A DNA stretch of 64,000 nt, taken from assembly GCA_002011125.2 (NCBI GenBank), contig MTMF02000009.1, positions 428,006 through 492,005 of the forward strand. The letters run 5' to 3'. The translations under genes and the position numbers were made by a program. The stretch is from Candidatus Hydrothermarchaeum profundi. Its GTDB lineage: Archaea; Hydrothermarchaeota; Hydrothermarchaeia; Hydrothermarchaeales; Hydrothermarchaeaceae. The notes under the pieces are model-generated. The model searched no databases, was not told where the DNA came from, and saw only the letters and a list, made by a program, of their open reading frames with translations. Of the stretch, positions 56,051 through 64,000 are shown piece after piece. Numbering within the stretch: position 1 is the stretch's first letter; the number at the start of each line of letters is the position of its first letter.

Positions 56051-56114
56051 TATTTCCACTGGAAATTTGACTGTTTTAATATTTCTATACCCTTATATTT
56101 CCACTGGAAATTTG
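56051..56114 (-). repeat. Two ORB elements (19-bp exact direct repeat TATTTCCACTGGAAATTTG)
   Basis: Copies at 56051-56069 and 56096-56114; the minus strand of the second reads TTCCAGTGGAAATATAAGGG, matching the ORB consensus with a G-string. Confidence 0.9.
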
Positions 56115-56342
56115 CAGAATACTGTGTGTGCTTTAAATACTGGAGATATTCCAACGACAAAATTTAAAAAGGAATTTATTAATGTCTCCTTTAGCATATT
56201 TACTTCATATAATAACTTACTGTTTTTATTCAAAAATTTATCCGACTTAATAAGTTTTCAATAAATATTTATAGTAGTAAGTGAAAGAAAAGATAGGGGA
56301 TTTTTGATTAAAACTTTTTTGTAATACCATTATAGTAATTTA

Positions 56343-56363
56343 TTTGCATTAGAAATATAGGGG
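56343..56363 (+). repeat. Degenerate ORB on the opposite strand
   Basis: TTTGCATTAGAAATATAGGGG; a similar element CTCCATAAGAAATAAAGG lies at 55863-55880. Confidence 0.55.
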
Positions 56364-56368
56364 TCTCT

Positions 56369-56893
56369 CTAGTATTCCAGCTTATTTAGCTGTTGTCGTA
56401 ATTTATCCAATTTCACTTTTATTGGCTTTAAACCTTCAGCATCATGATTCTCAAATAAAAACCTATATAGAGAATGATATTTTATTGACAAATCAAAATA
56501 TCGTAATTCTAATTTTTTTGGGTCTTCATAGTGCTTAATTAAATCTTCCTTCAAAAAGTTGATGTCATTTTCAAGATCTTTAATTATTCTCTGTGAAAAA
56601 AGATCCCATTTAACTATAGAATGATCTCTTCTTGTAAAACCTTTTTCTATTATTATTTTACTGACAGAGTAATCTTCATAAGGTTCCGAGTTTCCTAAAA
56701 TATATCCGAGTTTATTCTCCGAATTCTCTTCTGGAAAAATCTTATAAATTATGTATTCGTTTTCAAGCTCTTCTAAATAATTATTCAATATTTTTAAATT
56801 CTTTCTGTCAGTTAGTTCATTCCAAACTATCTCAATTTCATCATTAAAAGCAATAAAGAGCGAGTATACTATAGAAAGTATTAATTTTTTCAT
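56369..56893 (-). CDS. Hypothetical protein abutting oriC
   Basis: 174-aa ORF, 4 nt downstream of the UPF0147 gene; no recognised motif. Confidence 0.6.
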   Translation of the reverse strand: MKKLILSIVYSLFIAFNDEIEIVWNELTDRKNLKILNNYLEELENEYIIYKIFPEENSENKLGYILGNSEPYEDYSVSKIIIEKGFTRRDHSIVKWDLFSQRIIKDLENDINFLKEDLIKHYEDPKKLELRYFDLSIKYHSLYRFLFENHDAEGLKPIKVKLDKLRQQLNKLEY

Positions 56894-56897
56894 CTAA

Positions 56898-57152
56898 TTA
56901 ACTTATTTTGATAGTTTCTAATTCGCTCGACACATTCCATACGATAGTCCTAGCATGAATAGGAAGATTTCTATCGTTACTAATCTCTTCTAGTATGTAT
57001 ATTGCAGAAGAAACTCTTACCCCTAAATCCTCCTTATCGTTTAAAAGTATATTTTTTGCTTCTTCTGCCGATCTTCTAATATTTCTAGGAACAGAAGTGT
57101 CTTCAATAAGCTGATCTAAAACTTCTGCTACCTGTTTTATTTTCTTCTCCAT
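56898..57152 (-). CDS. UPF0147 family protein
   Basis: DTSVPRNIRR, DRNLPIHART.VW motifs. Confidence 0.92.
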   Translation of the reverse strand: MEKKIKQVAEVLDQLIEDTSVPRNIRRSAEEAKNILLNDKEDLGVRVSSAIYILEEISNDRNLPIHARTIVWNVSSELETIKIS

Positions 57153-57200
57153 ATCAATACCTCCATAATAATAAATATAACTCCATTAATAAAAATTACC

Positions 57201-57500
57201 ATGGAAAAGGAAAAAGCTTTGAAAGAGATGGCAGATCTTCTATTATCCAAAGCTACGATGTTAAGATACCACTGTGCGGAATGTAAATCTCCCTTATTTG
57301 AGAAAGACGGTAAGATAATATGTCCCGTCTGTGGAGAATTTGATCGAAAATCAGCGAAAGAGAAAAAGAAGAAATCCCATACTAGGGATATACTAAAGAA
57401 AAAAAGAGATGAATTGCTTAAACAATTAGAGAAGGAGAAAGATCCAAAAAAAATTTCGGAACTTGCAGAAGCGATAAGCAAGCTTGAAAAAATACTCTAA
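57201..57500 (+). CDS. UPF0148 / Sjogren autoantigen-like Zn-ribbon protein
   Basis: MADLL..KATML..HC..C.SPLF....ICPVC motif. Confidence 0.88.
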   Translation: MEKEKALKEMADLLLSKATMLRYHCAECKSPLFEKDGKIICPVCGEFDRKSAKEKKKKSHTRDILKKKRDELLKQLEKEKDPKKISELAEAISKLEKIL

Positions 57501-57504
57501 AAGT

Positions 57505-59214
57505 TTATATATTCTCAATAGTAATTTCGCCTTTAAGTAGATTTTTAATTATCTTAGAAACATCTTTAATATGGACTCTAAATTGTTTCGTCGTATCTCT
57601 ATCTCTAATCGTCACCATATCGTCTTTAAGGCTCTCAAAGTCTACGGTAATAGCATACGGCACACCGATCTCATCAACTCGAGCATATCTTCTTCCAATA
57701 GAGTCATTTTCATCATAAGTGACATAAAATCCTTCATTTTTTAATGAATCATAGATTCTCTTAGCGACTTCATTAAGTTGGGGTTTATTTATCAAAGGAA
57801 ATACAGCTACTTCTATAGGAGCTAAAGGTTTCTTTAACATTAACACTACTTTATTATCCCTCTCGGTATAGGCTGTTTCTAACATGCAGTAGAGTATCCT
57901 GTCAATTCCATATGAGGGCTCTATAACATGAGGAGTTATTTTCTCTCCAGTAATAGTTTCTTCAACATACTTAACTTCTAGATATCTCTCATCCAATTTG
58001 ATTTTCTGGCCCATTATCTCAATCTCAATAAACCCAGATTCCAAAAAATCTCTGACGCCTTCATCACCGATTGAATTTATCTTATTTACTATTTCACCTA
58101 CCATTTGCTTAAACCGAGGCCCTAATTCTCGCATATTAGGGATTAAAATCTCTTTCTTTTTCTTTTTAGGCTTTGAATATTGTTTGAATGCTTTAAGTTC
58201 TGTTTTACTCTCTTTTTCATGGGATTCTAAATCATAGCAGGTTCTATCCGCTATACCTACTACTTCAACCCATCCAAATCTTTCAGTAGAAACTTCAGCA
58301 TCCCAACAATCTGCTGCATAATGAGCCATCTCATTTTGTGCATGTTGCCTAAATCTAATTTTTTGAGAGGGAATTCCAATTTCTAACAAAAATTCCTGAG
58401 TAAGAATTATTTGATAGGCCAGTAACTCATGAGCAATAATATTCTTTTTAACAGCATCTCCAGCAGTGATTATAATTTCTTTTCCATCTCTAGGAAGTAA
58501 TCTCAATTTTTTATTAGCAACGGACGAAAATCCTTTATGAGTCTTATCCTCAGGATCAACGAATATTTCAACTTCCGCCTGGCTAAACTCTCTAAGCCTT
58601 AGGAGGCCTTGCCGTGGTGAGATTTCATTTCTATAGGCTTTTCCCAATTGAGCAACTCCAAAAGGTAATTTTTTTCTATAAAAGGAATAAAGGCGATTAA
58701 AAAGAACAAACATATTTTGAGCAGTCTCCGGTCTTAAATATCCCACCTTTCTTTCTCCGGGACCAATATGTGTTTTGAACATTAAATTATAGCTCCAAAC
58801 ACCGCTAAGTTCTCCTCCACAGTCAGGACATTTTATGCGTTTTTCTCTAATTAGGTCTTCCAATTCCTTAAATGATAAACCGTCTAATTTAATGTCTAAA
58901 ACAGAAGTAATTAAATGATCAGCTCTGAAAGGAGTTCTACATTTTTTACATTCCACCATAGGATCAACAAAACTTTCTACATGGCCGCTAGCAATAAAGA
59001 CTTCTTCAGGCCCAATTGTAGGTGAAAATATTTCAAGATATCCCTCTTTAACACAGTAAAACTCTCGCCACTTGTCTTCTATCTTCTTCTTTAAAGTAGC
59101 TCCAAGAGGTCCATAGTCATAAAATCCGCTAACGCCACCATAAATCTCGAAGCTAGGCCAAAAGAATCCTCTCCGAAGGGCAAGCTCCATTACTTTGTCG
59201 TGCTTATCGGCCAA
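57505..59214 (-). CDS. glyS: Glycine--tRNA ligase (alpha2 type)
   Basis: RRGF, YDYGPLG, YLRPETAQ, RNEISPR, HYA..CWD, EPSYGIDR, IGRRYAR.DE motifs. Confidence 0.97.
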   Translation of the reverse strand: MADKHDKVMELALRRGFFWPSFEIYGGVSGFYDYGPLGATLKKKIEDKWREFYCVKEGYLEIFSPTIGPEEVFIASGHVESFVDPMVECKKCRTPFRADHLITSVLDIKLDGLSFKELEDLIREKRIKCPDCGGELSGVWSYNLMFKTHIGPGERKVGYLRPETAQNMFVLFNRLYSFYRKKLPFGVAQLGKAYRNEISPRQGLLRLREFSQAEVEIFVDPEDKTHKGFSSVANKKLRLLPRDGKEIIITAGDAVKKNIIAHELLAYQIILTQEFLLEIGIPSQKIRFRQHAQNEMAHYAADCWDAEVSTERFGWVEVVGIADRTCYDLESHEKESKTELKAFKQYSKPKKKKKEILIPNMRELGPRFKQMVGEIVNKINSIGDEGVRDFLESGFIEIEIMGQKIKLDERYLEVKYVEETITGEKITPHVIEPSYGIDRILYCMLETAYTERDNKVVLMLKKPLAPIEVAVFPLINKPQLNEVAKRIYDSLKNEGFYVTYDENDSIGRRYARVDEIGVPYAITVDFESLKDDMVTIRDRDTTKQFRVHIKDVSKIIKNLLKGEITIENI

Positions 59215-59265
59215 GTTTCCTCACCAGTCTTCTAATAAGCTAACGAATATTTAGTAGACGCCTGA

Positions 59266-59502
59266 CTATTTTTTCTTTCTTTTTTTCTTGGCTTTCCCTT
59301 TTTTATCATCGTAAAGAGAAATAGGACAACTCCCTCTTCTCCGATCTAGGAACACCAATATAATTCCAGCTCCAATCAAGATAAACGGCAAAATAAATTT
59401 TACGCTCTGAAATGTTGTGATTATAAAAAGTCCTCCAAATGCACCTATCACAGCGGCTATAATTGCCCCTATGGATATCAACAGCTTTTTTGAAGATACC
59501 AT
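59266..59502 (-). CDS. Small 2-TM membrane protein with a basic C-terminal tail
   Basis: Two hydrophobic segments; co-oriented and tightly packed between the CBS gene and glyS. Confidence 0.65.
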   Translation of the reverse strand: MVSSKKLLISIGAIIAAVIGAFGGLFIITTFQSVKFILPFILIGAGIILVFLDRRRGSCPISLYDDKKGKAKKKRKKK

Positions 59503-59506
59503 TGTT

Positions 59507-60355
59507 TTATCTCAACGCTTTTAATAAATTCGTATCTTTCACAATACCTATTATTCTACCCTCAGCATCTATCACAGGCACTTGTTCAATTCTTGCGTCA
59601 GCCATCCTTTTCGAGCACTCAGAAACCGGAGTCTTTCTAGTCACGGTCACGACTTTTTTAACCATTAGATCACGAACGAGTATGTCTGGAACTTCGAATT
59701 TTTTTTTCATTATATAAACAACGCTTTTACTATCCCATCCCCATCTATCGCCTTCAGTACCGCTTGATATCTCTGACTTTTCTGTAGATTCGGTTAATTC
59801 TATAACTTTAAGTATATCTGTATCTCCAATCACTCCTACAAGAGTGTTATCAGAATCCAGCACGGGCAGCGCTCTCGTTTTAGCGAGGCTCATTATTTGA
59901 TATGCAACTTTTAGGGGCGTTCCGTCCCAAATTGCGGTCAGTGAGTCGTCCATGTACTTTTCAATAGGCTCTGATATGTCCATTTTTGCAAGCGCTCTCC
60001 ATACAATATCGCTTATCGTAACTATCCCTATTAGATCAGAATTTTCCACTACAGGAAGCCTGCGGAAGCCTTTTTCTTTAAATATTTTGGCCGCTTCAGA
60101 AATATCAGCGTCAGGGGAAATTGTCATTACAGTTCTAGTCATAAGTAAAGCAAGTTGACTTTCATCGGGATTTCTAGAAAAATCGTTTCTAGTTACTACT
60201 CCCACAATCTCTTTAGTTCCTCTTTTTACTACGGGCAAACCAGAAACGTTGCTTTTTAAAAGTAATTCTAATGCATCGCTGGCATTGCCAGGAACCTCAG
60301 CATATACTACATCTTTAGTCATTATGTCTTTAACCAGCATTGGAAAAACCTCCAT
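59507..60355 (-). CDS. Tandem CBS-domain protein
   Basis: Four CBS repeats (VKDIMT, GLPVV, RRLPVV, LPVL, VPVI). Confidence 0.92.
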   Translation of the reverse strand: MEVFPMLVKDIMTKDVVYAEVPGNASDALELLLKSNVSGLPVVKRGTKEIVGVVTRNDFSRNPDESQLALLMTRTVMTISPDADISEAAKIFKEKGFRRLPVVENSDLIGIVTISDIVWRALAKMDISEPIEKYMDDSLTAIWDGTPLKVAYQIMSLAKTRALPVLDSDNTLVGVIGDTDILKVIELTESTEKSEISSGTEGDRWGWDSKSVVYIMKKKFEVPDILVRDLMVKKVVTVTRKTPVSECSKRMADARIEQVPVIDAEGRIIGIVKDTNLLKALR

Positions 60356-60784
60356 TTATTTATGCACTACTAATACAGGACAAGCGGAAGTCCTAACCAC
60401 TTTCTCGGTTACACTCCCTAATAAGAAGCGATCAAGTCCTGTCCTACCTGCCGTGCCCATTACTATTAAATCTACCCCTTTTTCTTTAGATATCCTAACA
60501 ATATCTTCTGATGGAACACCCTCCTCAAGTATATTCTCAAATTTTACTCGGTTCTCTTTTGCTACTTTTTCGATTTTTTCAAGAGCTTTTTTACCTTCGT
60601 CTTCAAGAAGTTCTCGCATGTTTTCCCATATTGCTTCTGTAGGCACTCCTGTGAAGGCTGATACGTCTATTACATAGAGGCCGTAGACCTTAGCATTCAC
60701 AGCCTTAGCTAACTTTACGCCATGTTCAACAGCTAGCTCTGCAGTATCAGATCCATCGGTAGGTATTAATATCTTTTTATACAT
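60356..60784 (-). CDS. Universal stress protein
   Basis: ILIPTDGS, DLIVMGT.GRTG...LLGSVTEKVVR motifs. Confidence 0.95.
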   Translation of the reverse strand: MYKKILIPTDGSDTAELAVEHGVKLAKAVNAKVYGLYVIDVSAFTGVPTEAIWENMRELLEDEGKKALEKIEKVAKENRVKFENILEEGVPSEDIVRISKEKGVDLIVMGTAGRTGLDRFLLGSVTEKVVRTSACPVLVVHK

Positions 60785-61854
60785 TTTGACCCCTTAACGA
60801 GTGCCCTGATGTCTTTTATTTCGAATCTGTGTAGAATAGCTATTATCGGGTCATATATATATTTTCTGTTATGGAAAATTAAGAAGTCTGCTTTAGCTCC
60901 TTCTTTAATTGCATTATCTTCTAAACCAAGAACGCGCCTACCGTTTAATGTCGCAGCTTTCAATATCCTCTCTCCATTAAATCTATAGTCTTTGGATAGT
61001 CCTCTTATAATCTTAAACGCGAATTCCATCTCTCGCAACATATTTAATGAATTTACCATAACGTTATCAGTTCCAAAAGCAGCTAATGTATTACTTAAAA
61101 TCTCTTTAATAGGAGGGATACCCACCCCAAGCATGGCATTTGCTCTAGGGCAAAGCACTACCGGAAGATTTTTTGAAAACACTAGCTCAAGGCTTTCTTC
61201 ATTCACATTAGTTAGATGAACTAGAAAATCAGGCTCTAGTTTTAAGGCTTCCTCTAAATCATCCCTTACCTCTCCTGCGTGAATTGCCAGCAACTTTCCA
61301 GAACTTTTTACAGCGGTTGAGATTTTTTTAAGTTCAGTTTCATTATAGGAGCTGATACTGCTTATGCCGATTCCATTACTCTCGTTTAGGACGCTTTGAA
61401 TAGGGTCTCCATCAGGCCTACCGAGAATAACAGCTTCATGAAGAGGCGTTAAGCATCCTTTTAATTTTTTAATCCCTTCTACTCCCCCCTCCCTAAAATC
61501 GCAGAAAGATGTTGTTCCGCTTGAAATCATTTCTTTAAGAGAGGCTTTTATTCCAGGAATTATGTTTCTTTTAAGAATCTTAAACTTTATACTCTCTTTT
61601 CCAACCCTCTTCTCAATAGGCTCATAAGCCCCAATGTCCTGCGCGATGCCGTCTCCTAAATGTACATGGGCATTGGTAAAAGAGGGAACTACATATCCTC
61701 TTTTAACGTCGATAGCTCTCTTTTTTGGAGTTTTTCCCTCTCCTATTTCAGTAATAACGCCATCTTCTACTACTAAATATCCTCGGGTTATCTCAAATTC
61801 CTCTCCCTCTAAAATAATTGCGTTATTAAAGATCATACTTTTCATTTTTCGCAT
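60766..61854 (-). CDS. Metal-dependent amidohydrolase (deaminase-like)
   Basis: NAHVHLGD, DFREGG, IHAGE, VHLT, CPRAN, GTDN motifs. Confidence 0.88.
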   Translation of the reverse strand: MRKMKSMIFNNAIILEGEEFEITRGYLVVEDGVITEIGEGKTPKKRAIDVKRGYVVPSFTNAHVHLGDGIAQDIGAYEPIEKRVGKESIKFKILKRNIIPGIKASLKEMISSGTTSFCDFREGGVEGIKKLKGCLTPLHEAVILGRPDGDPIQSVLNESNGIGISSISSYNETELKKISTAVKSSGKLLAIHAGEVRDDLEEALKLEPDFLVHLTNVNEESLELVFSKNLPVVLCPRANAMLGVGIPPIKEILSNTLAAFGTDNVMVNSLNMLREMEFAFKIIRGLSKDYRFNGERILKAATLNGRRVLGLEDNAIKEGAKADFLIFHNRKYIYDPIIAILHRFEIKDIRALVKGSKCIKRY

Positions 61855-62129
61855 TGGCAGGGGGCTTGCCTACAGTAGTTGCACACACCCGGATATTTAC
61901 GACTCAAGGAATCCTCAAGATCTATATTAAGTAAATTTGCCAAGGAAGTTGTCCACGCGATTACATCAGCGAGTTCGTTCTCAATAGATTGAGCATCTCC
62001 TTTACGCAAGGCCTGTGAGAGTTCTCCTATCTCCTCTAAAAGCCATAGAAAAGTTTTATCAACGCCTCTCTTTTTATCTTTTTCATAGTATAGCACTCGC
62101 ATTAAGGATTGAAATTCTTTAATATCCAT
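61842..62129 (-). CDS. MazG-like nucleotide pyrophosphohydrolase
   Basis: WLLEEIGEL, ELADVIAW motifs; C-terminal CxxC...CxC. Confidence 0.9.
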   Translation of the reverse strand: MDIKEFQSLMRVLYYEKDKKRGVDKTFLWLLEEIGELSQALRKGDAQSIENELADVIAWTTSLANLLNIDLEDSLSRKYPGVCNYCRQAPCQCEK

Positions 62130-62195
62130 TAATATCCAAATATGGTAATGGTGATAAATAATTTACTCAACGTTAAAAATAAATATGAATGAGTA

Positions 62196-62408
62196 ATGAA
62201 CCAACTCGAGAGCTTCCGGCAGAAAAAAAAGGAAATGGGGGTTACCCACAAAGAGGACATGAGGGTAATAGAGAGGCTAGTGAAGCTTAACCCGGGGATT
62301 GTCAAATGCCCTAACTGTGGAGAACCTCTAGAAGTTCATCACTGGGTAAGAGAGGAAGAAGTGAGGATACCTATTTTCAAGTGCCGTGCTTGTGGTTTTT
62401 TGGGGTAA
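62196..62408 (+). CDS. Small Zn-ribbon protein
   Basis: CPNCG...CRACG; 70 aa. Confidence 0.7.
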   Translation: MNQLESFRQKKKEMGVTHKEDMRVIERLVKLNPGIVKCPNCGEPLEVHHWVREEEVRIPIFKCRACGFLG

Positions 62409-62416
62409 CCTAAGAT

Positions 62417-62446
62417 AAACAAAAAACGAGGTGATAACGCCTCGTT
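62417..62446. terminator. Hairpin AACGAGGTG-ATAA-CGCCTCGTT flanked by an A-tract
   Basis: 9-bp stem with one G-U pair at 62425-62446; direction of use unclear. Confidence 0.4.
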
Positions 62447-62543
62447 AATTAACTTATTTTATAGTTTATTTAGGAACTCTAGAATCTTATTTCACCAAAA
62501 CAAGGGCAAGGAATATATATCCACAAATTGGACATTCTCGGAC

Positions 62544-63032
62544 ATGCATTTTAGTAACTATATTAGCAAAGCTGCCGCAAAAAAATGTTTAAGAAATGTA
62601 GCCGAAGTTTCGGTTACACCTACAGCTTTGAAGCAAACTCCGAAAGAGAATTTAAAATTTCTTGAAGAAAATGGAATTAAAATACGCATAGTTAATAGGC
62701 GGGGTAGACCGAGGAGGCTAGTTGAAAAGGATATTAGGAGAATACTAGCGATTAGAAGGGACAGTGGGCTGAGCTTTTATAGGATCTCTAGAATGTTAGG
62801 CATCCCAAAAAGCACGGTATTTGACTATTTTAGAAGATATTCTACCGAGGAACTTGATGGCAAATATATAGAGGAGCTTAAAATAAGTGAGGCGAGGTCT
62901 TTATTTCACCAGCTAATGAAATCCGATATAGACGATCAAATAATTGCTCTAGCTAAGCAGGGTTATGAAAGCAATGACTTAGCGGAGATAGAAGAAATAA
63001 TGAGAGAGATAAAGGAGTTAATTTTTATATAG
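62544..63032 (+). CDS. HTH DNA-binding protein (RGRP motif plus resolvase-like HTH)
   Basis: RRGRPRRL followed by GLSFYRISRMLGIPKSTVFDY. Confidence 0.75.
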   Translation: MHFSNYISKAAAKKCLRNVAEVSVTPTALKQTPKENLKFLEENGIKIRIVNRRGRPRRLVEKDIRRILAIRRDSGLSFYRISRMLGIPKSTVFDYFRRYSTEELDGKYIEELKISEARSLFHQLMKSDIDDQIIALAKQGYESNDLAEIEEIMREIKELIFI

Positions 63033-63053
63033 TTAGGTTTAAAAATCTGATAT

Positions 63054-63221
63054 ATGGTAAAGAGGAAGAAAAGCAAAGTTTCAATGCCCGCGTCTGGCGC
63101 TGGTCTAGTTCGGTATGTGGACGAGGAGGGTAGGGGAATAAAGTTCAAGCCTGAGCATGTCCTCGCTGCCGCAGTGGGATTTATAATAATAGAAGTAGCG
63201 CTGAAGATGGGGCTTATCTAG
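63054..63221 (+). CDS. secG: Preprotein translocase subunit Sec61beta (not in ORF track)
   Basis: MVKRKKSKVSMPASGAGLVRYVDEEGRGIKFKPEHVL plus TM helix; AGL.RY.DE..IK..P signature. Confidence 0.92.
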   Translation: MVKRKKSKVSMPASGAGLVRYVDEEGRGIKFKPEHVLAAAVGFIIIEVALKMGLI

Positions 63222-63268
63222 TTTTGAAGTAACTTTAGCATTATAGTTACATAAAAAGGAGCACTTAA

Positions 63269-63973
63269 ATGAAGATTGCCATAACTAGACCCCGAGAGAA
63301 GGCGGATGAAACAATTAAGAGGGTAGAAAATAAGGGCTGGAAGGCAGTAATAATCCCTGGAGTCGAGATAATCCCAAGGGCCGAAGAAGAAGTTAAAAAA
63401 GAAATAGGAAGGTTAGAAGAATATCACTGGCTTATTCTTACTAGTGCTTCAGGTGCTGAAATAATGTTGCAATATTTTGGTGAAGAGTTAAAAAAGGTAA
63501 AGTTAGCTGTGATAGGACCAAAAACTAAGAAAGTATTAGAAGAAAAAGGTGTTAATGTAGACCTCGTACCTAAAGAATATAAAGGAGAAAATTTGGCAGA
63601 AGAACTGATATCGCGAGGGGTAGATGGTACAAAGATTTTAGTTGCAAGAGCGTCTATTGGGAGAGAGGTTTTAATAGAGAGGCTTAGAAGACATGCTGAG
63701 ATAAATGAGGTCGTGCTTTATGATGTTGCACAGCCGAGGGATATCCCAGACAGTAAGATAATGGATGGGGTAGATGCAGTAATTTTTACTAGCTCTCAAA
63801 GTGTTAAAAACCTATACAAGGCATGGGGAGAAGAGTTCGGTAAACTCCTTAAAAATAAGAAAATTTGTGCGATAGGGCCTATAACCGCCGGAACCTTAAG
63901 AGGATTAGGTGTAAGAGTGGATGTAATGCCAGAAGAGTATACAGTTGACGCTTGTCTGGAGGCCCTACGATGA
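63269..63973 (+). CDS. hemD: Uroporphyrinogen-III synthase
   Basis: ITRP, LTSASG, VIGPKT, FTSSQSV, AIGPITA motifs. Confidence 0.93.
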   Translation: MKIAITRPREKADETIKRVENKGWKAVIIPGVEIIPRAEEEVKKEIGRLEEYHWLILTSASGAEIMLQYFGEELKKVKLAVIGPKTKKVLEEKGVNVDLVPKEYKGENLAEELISRGVDGTKILVARASIGREVLIERLRRHAEINEVVLYDVAQPRDIPDSKIMDGVDAVIFTSSQSVKNLYKAWGEEFGKLLKNKKICAIGPITAGTLRGLGVRVDVMPEEYTVDACLEALR

Positions 63974-64000
63974 GAGACAAGATTGTTATTTGGCCAGCGT
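63970..64000 (+). CDS. srp19: Signal recognition particle protein SRP19 (5' fragment, truncated by window end)
   Basis: ATGA overlap with hemD; MRDKIVIWPA matches the SRP19 N-terminal IWPxY motif; only 10 codons visible. Confidence 0.65.
   Translation, partial: MRDKIVIWPA

Larger units (their letters stand above)
55824..56368. other. Chromosomal replication origin (oriC)
   Basis: 545-bp AT-rich intergenic region directly upstream of cdc6, containing ORB elements in both orientations around an AT-rich stretch. Confidence 0.85.

Noticed and set aside
56051-56114. Direct repeats as a CRISPR array
   Set aside because: Only two 19-bp copies, no cas genes, and the sequence matches the ORB consensus next to cdc6.
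56067-56264. 65-aa ORF in the origin region
   Set aside because: It runs across the ORB repeat and AT-rich DUE, has a TTG start with no RBS, and shows no protein motif.

Overview
A gene-dense, AT-rich archaeal chromosomal window with Euryarchaeota-type markers: PolD DP1/DP2, RadB, Orc1/Cdc6, PriS/PriL, Sec61beta and SRP19, plus bacterial-type gyrase. A Hydrothermarchaeota-like lineage is my guess and cannot be verified here. It is mostly core genome: primase, purQLS, hisF/H, pdxS/T, a homocitrate/isopropylmalate-type synthase-aconitase set, NadE, and a redox/nitrogen block (Mdh, PntAB transhydrogenase, Icd, NfnAB, GlnA, split glutamate synthase). It also holds a K+ channel, gyrBA, and a replication cluster (rfcL, radB, polD, cdc6) next to a likely oriC with ORB repeats. 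I saw no rRNA, tRNA, CRISPR, transposase or intein. The most unusual observations are: (1) PriL fused to an RPA-type CX2CX8CX2H zinc-finger OB fold; (2) a CysRS paralog with two of four Zn ligands replaced and no anticodon domain, placed between pdxS and pdxT; (3) a K+ channel with a degenerate RCK domain and an extra C-terminal membrane domain, paired with a separate soluble RCK gene; (4) Pnt and Nfn transhydrogenases clustered with GS-GOGAT; (5) a Ptr2-like operator between an Lrp gene and a rubrerythrin gene; (6) an unannotated 31-aa membrane peptide. All functional calls come from motif recognition by eye, with no database searches.
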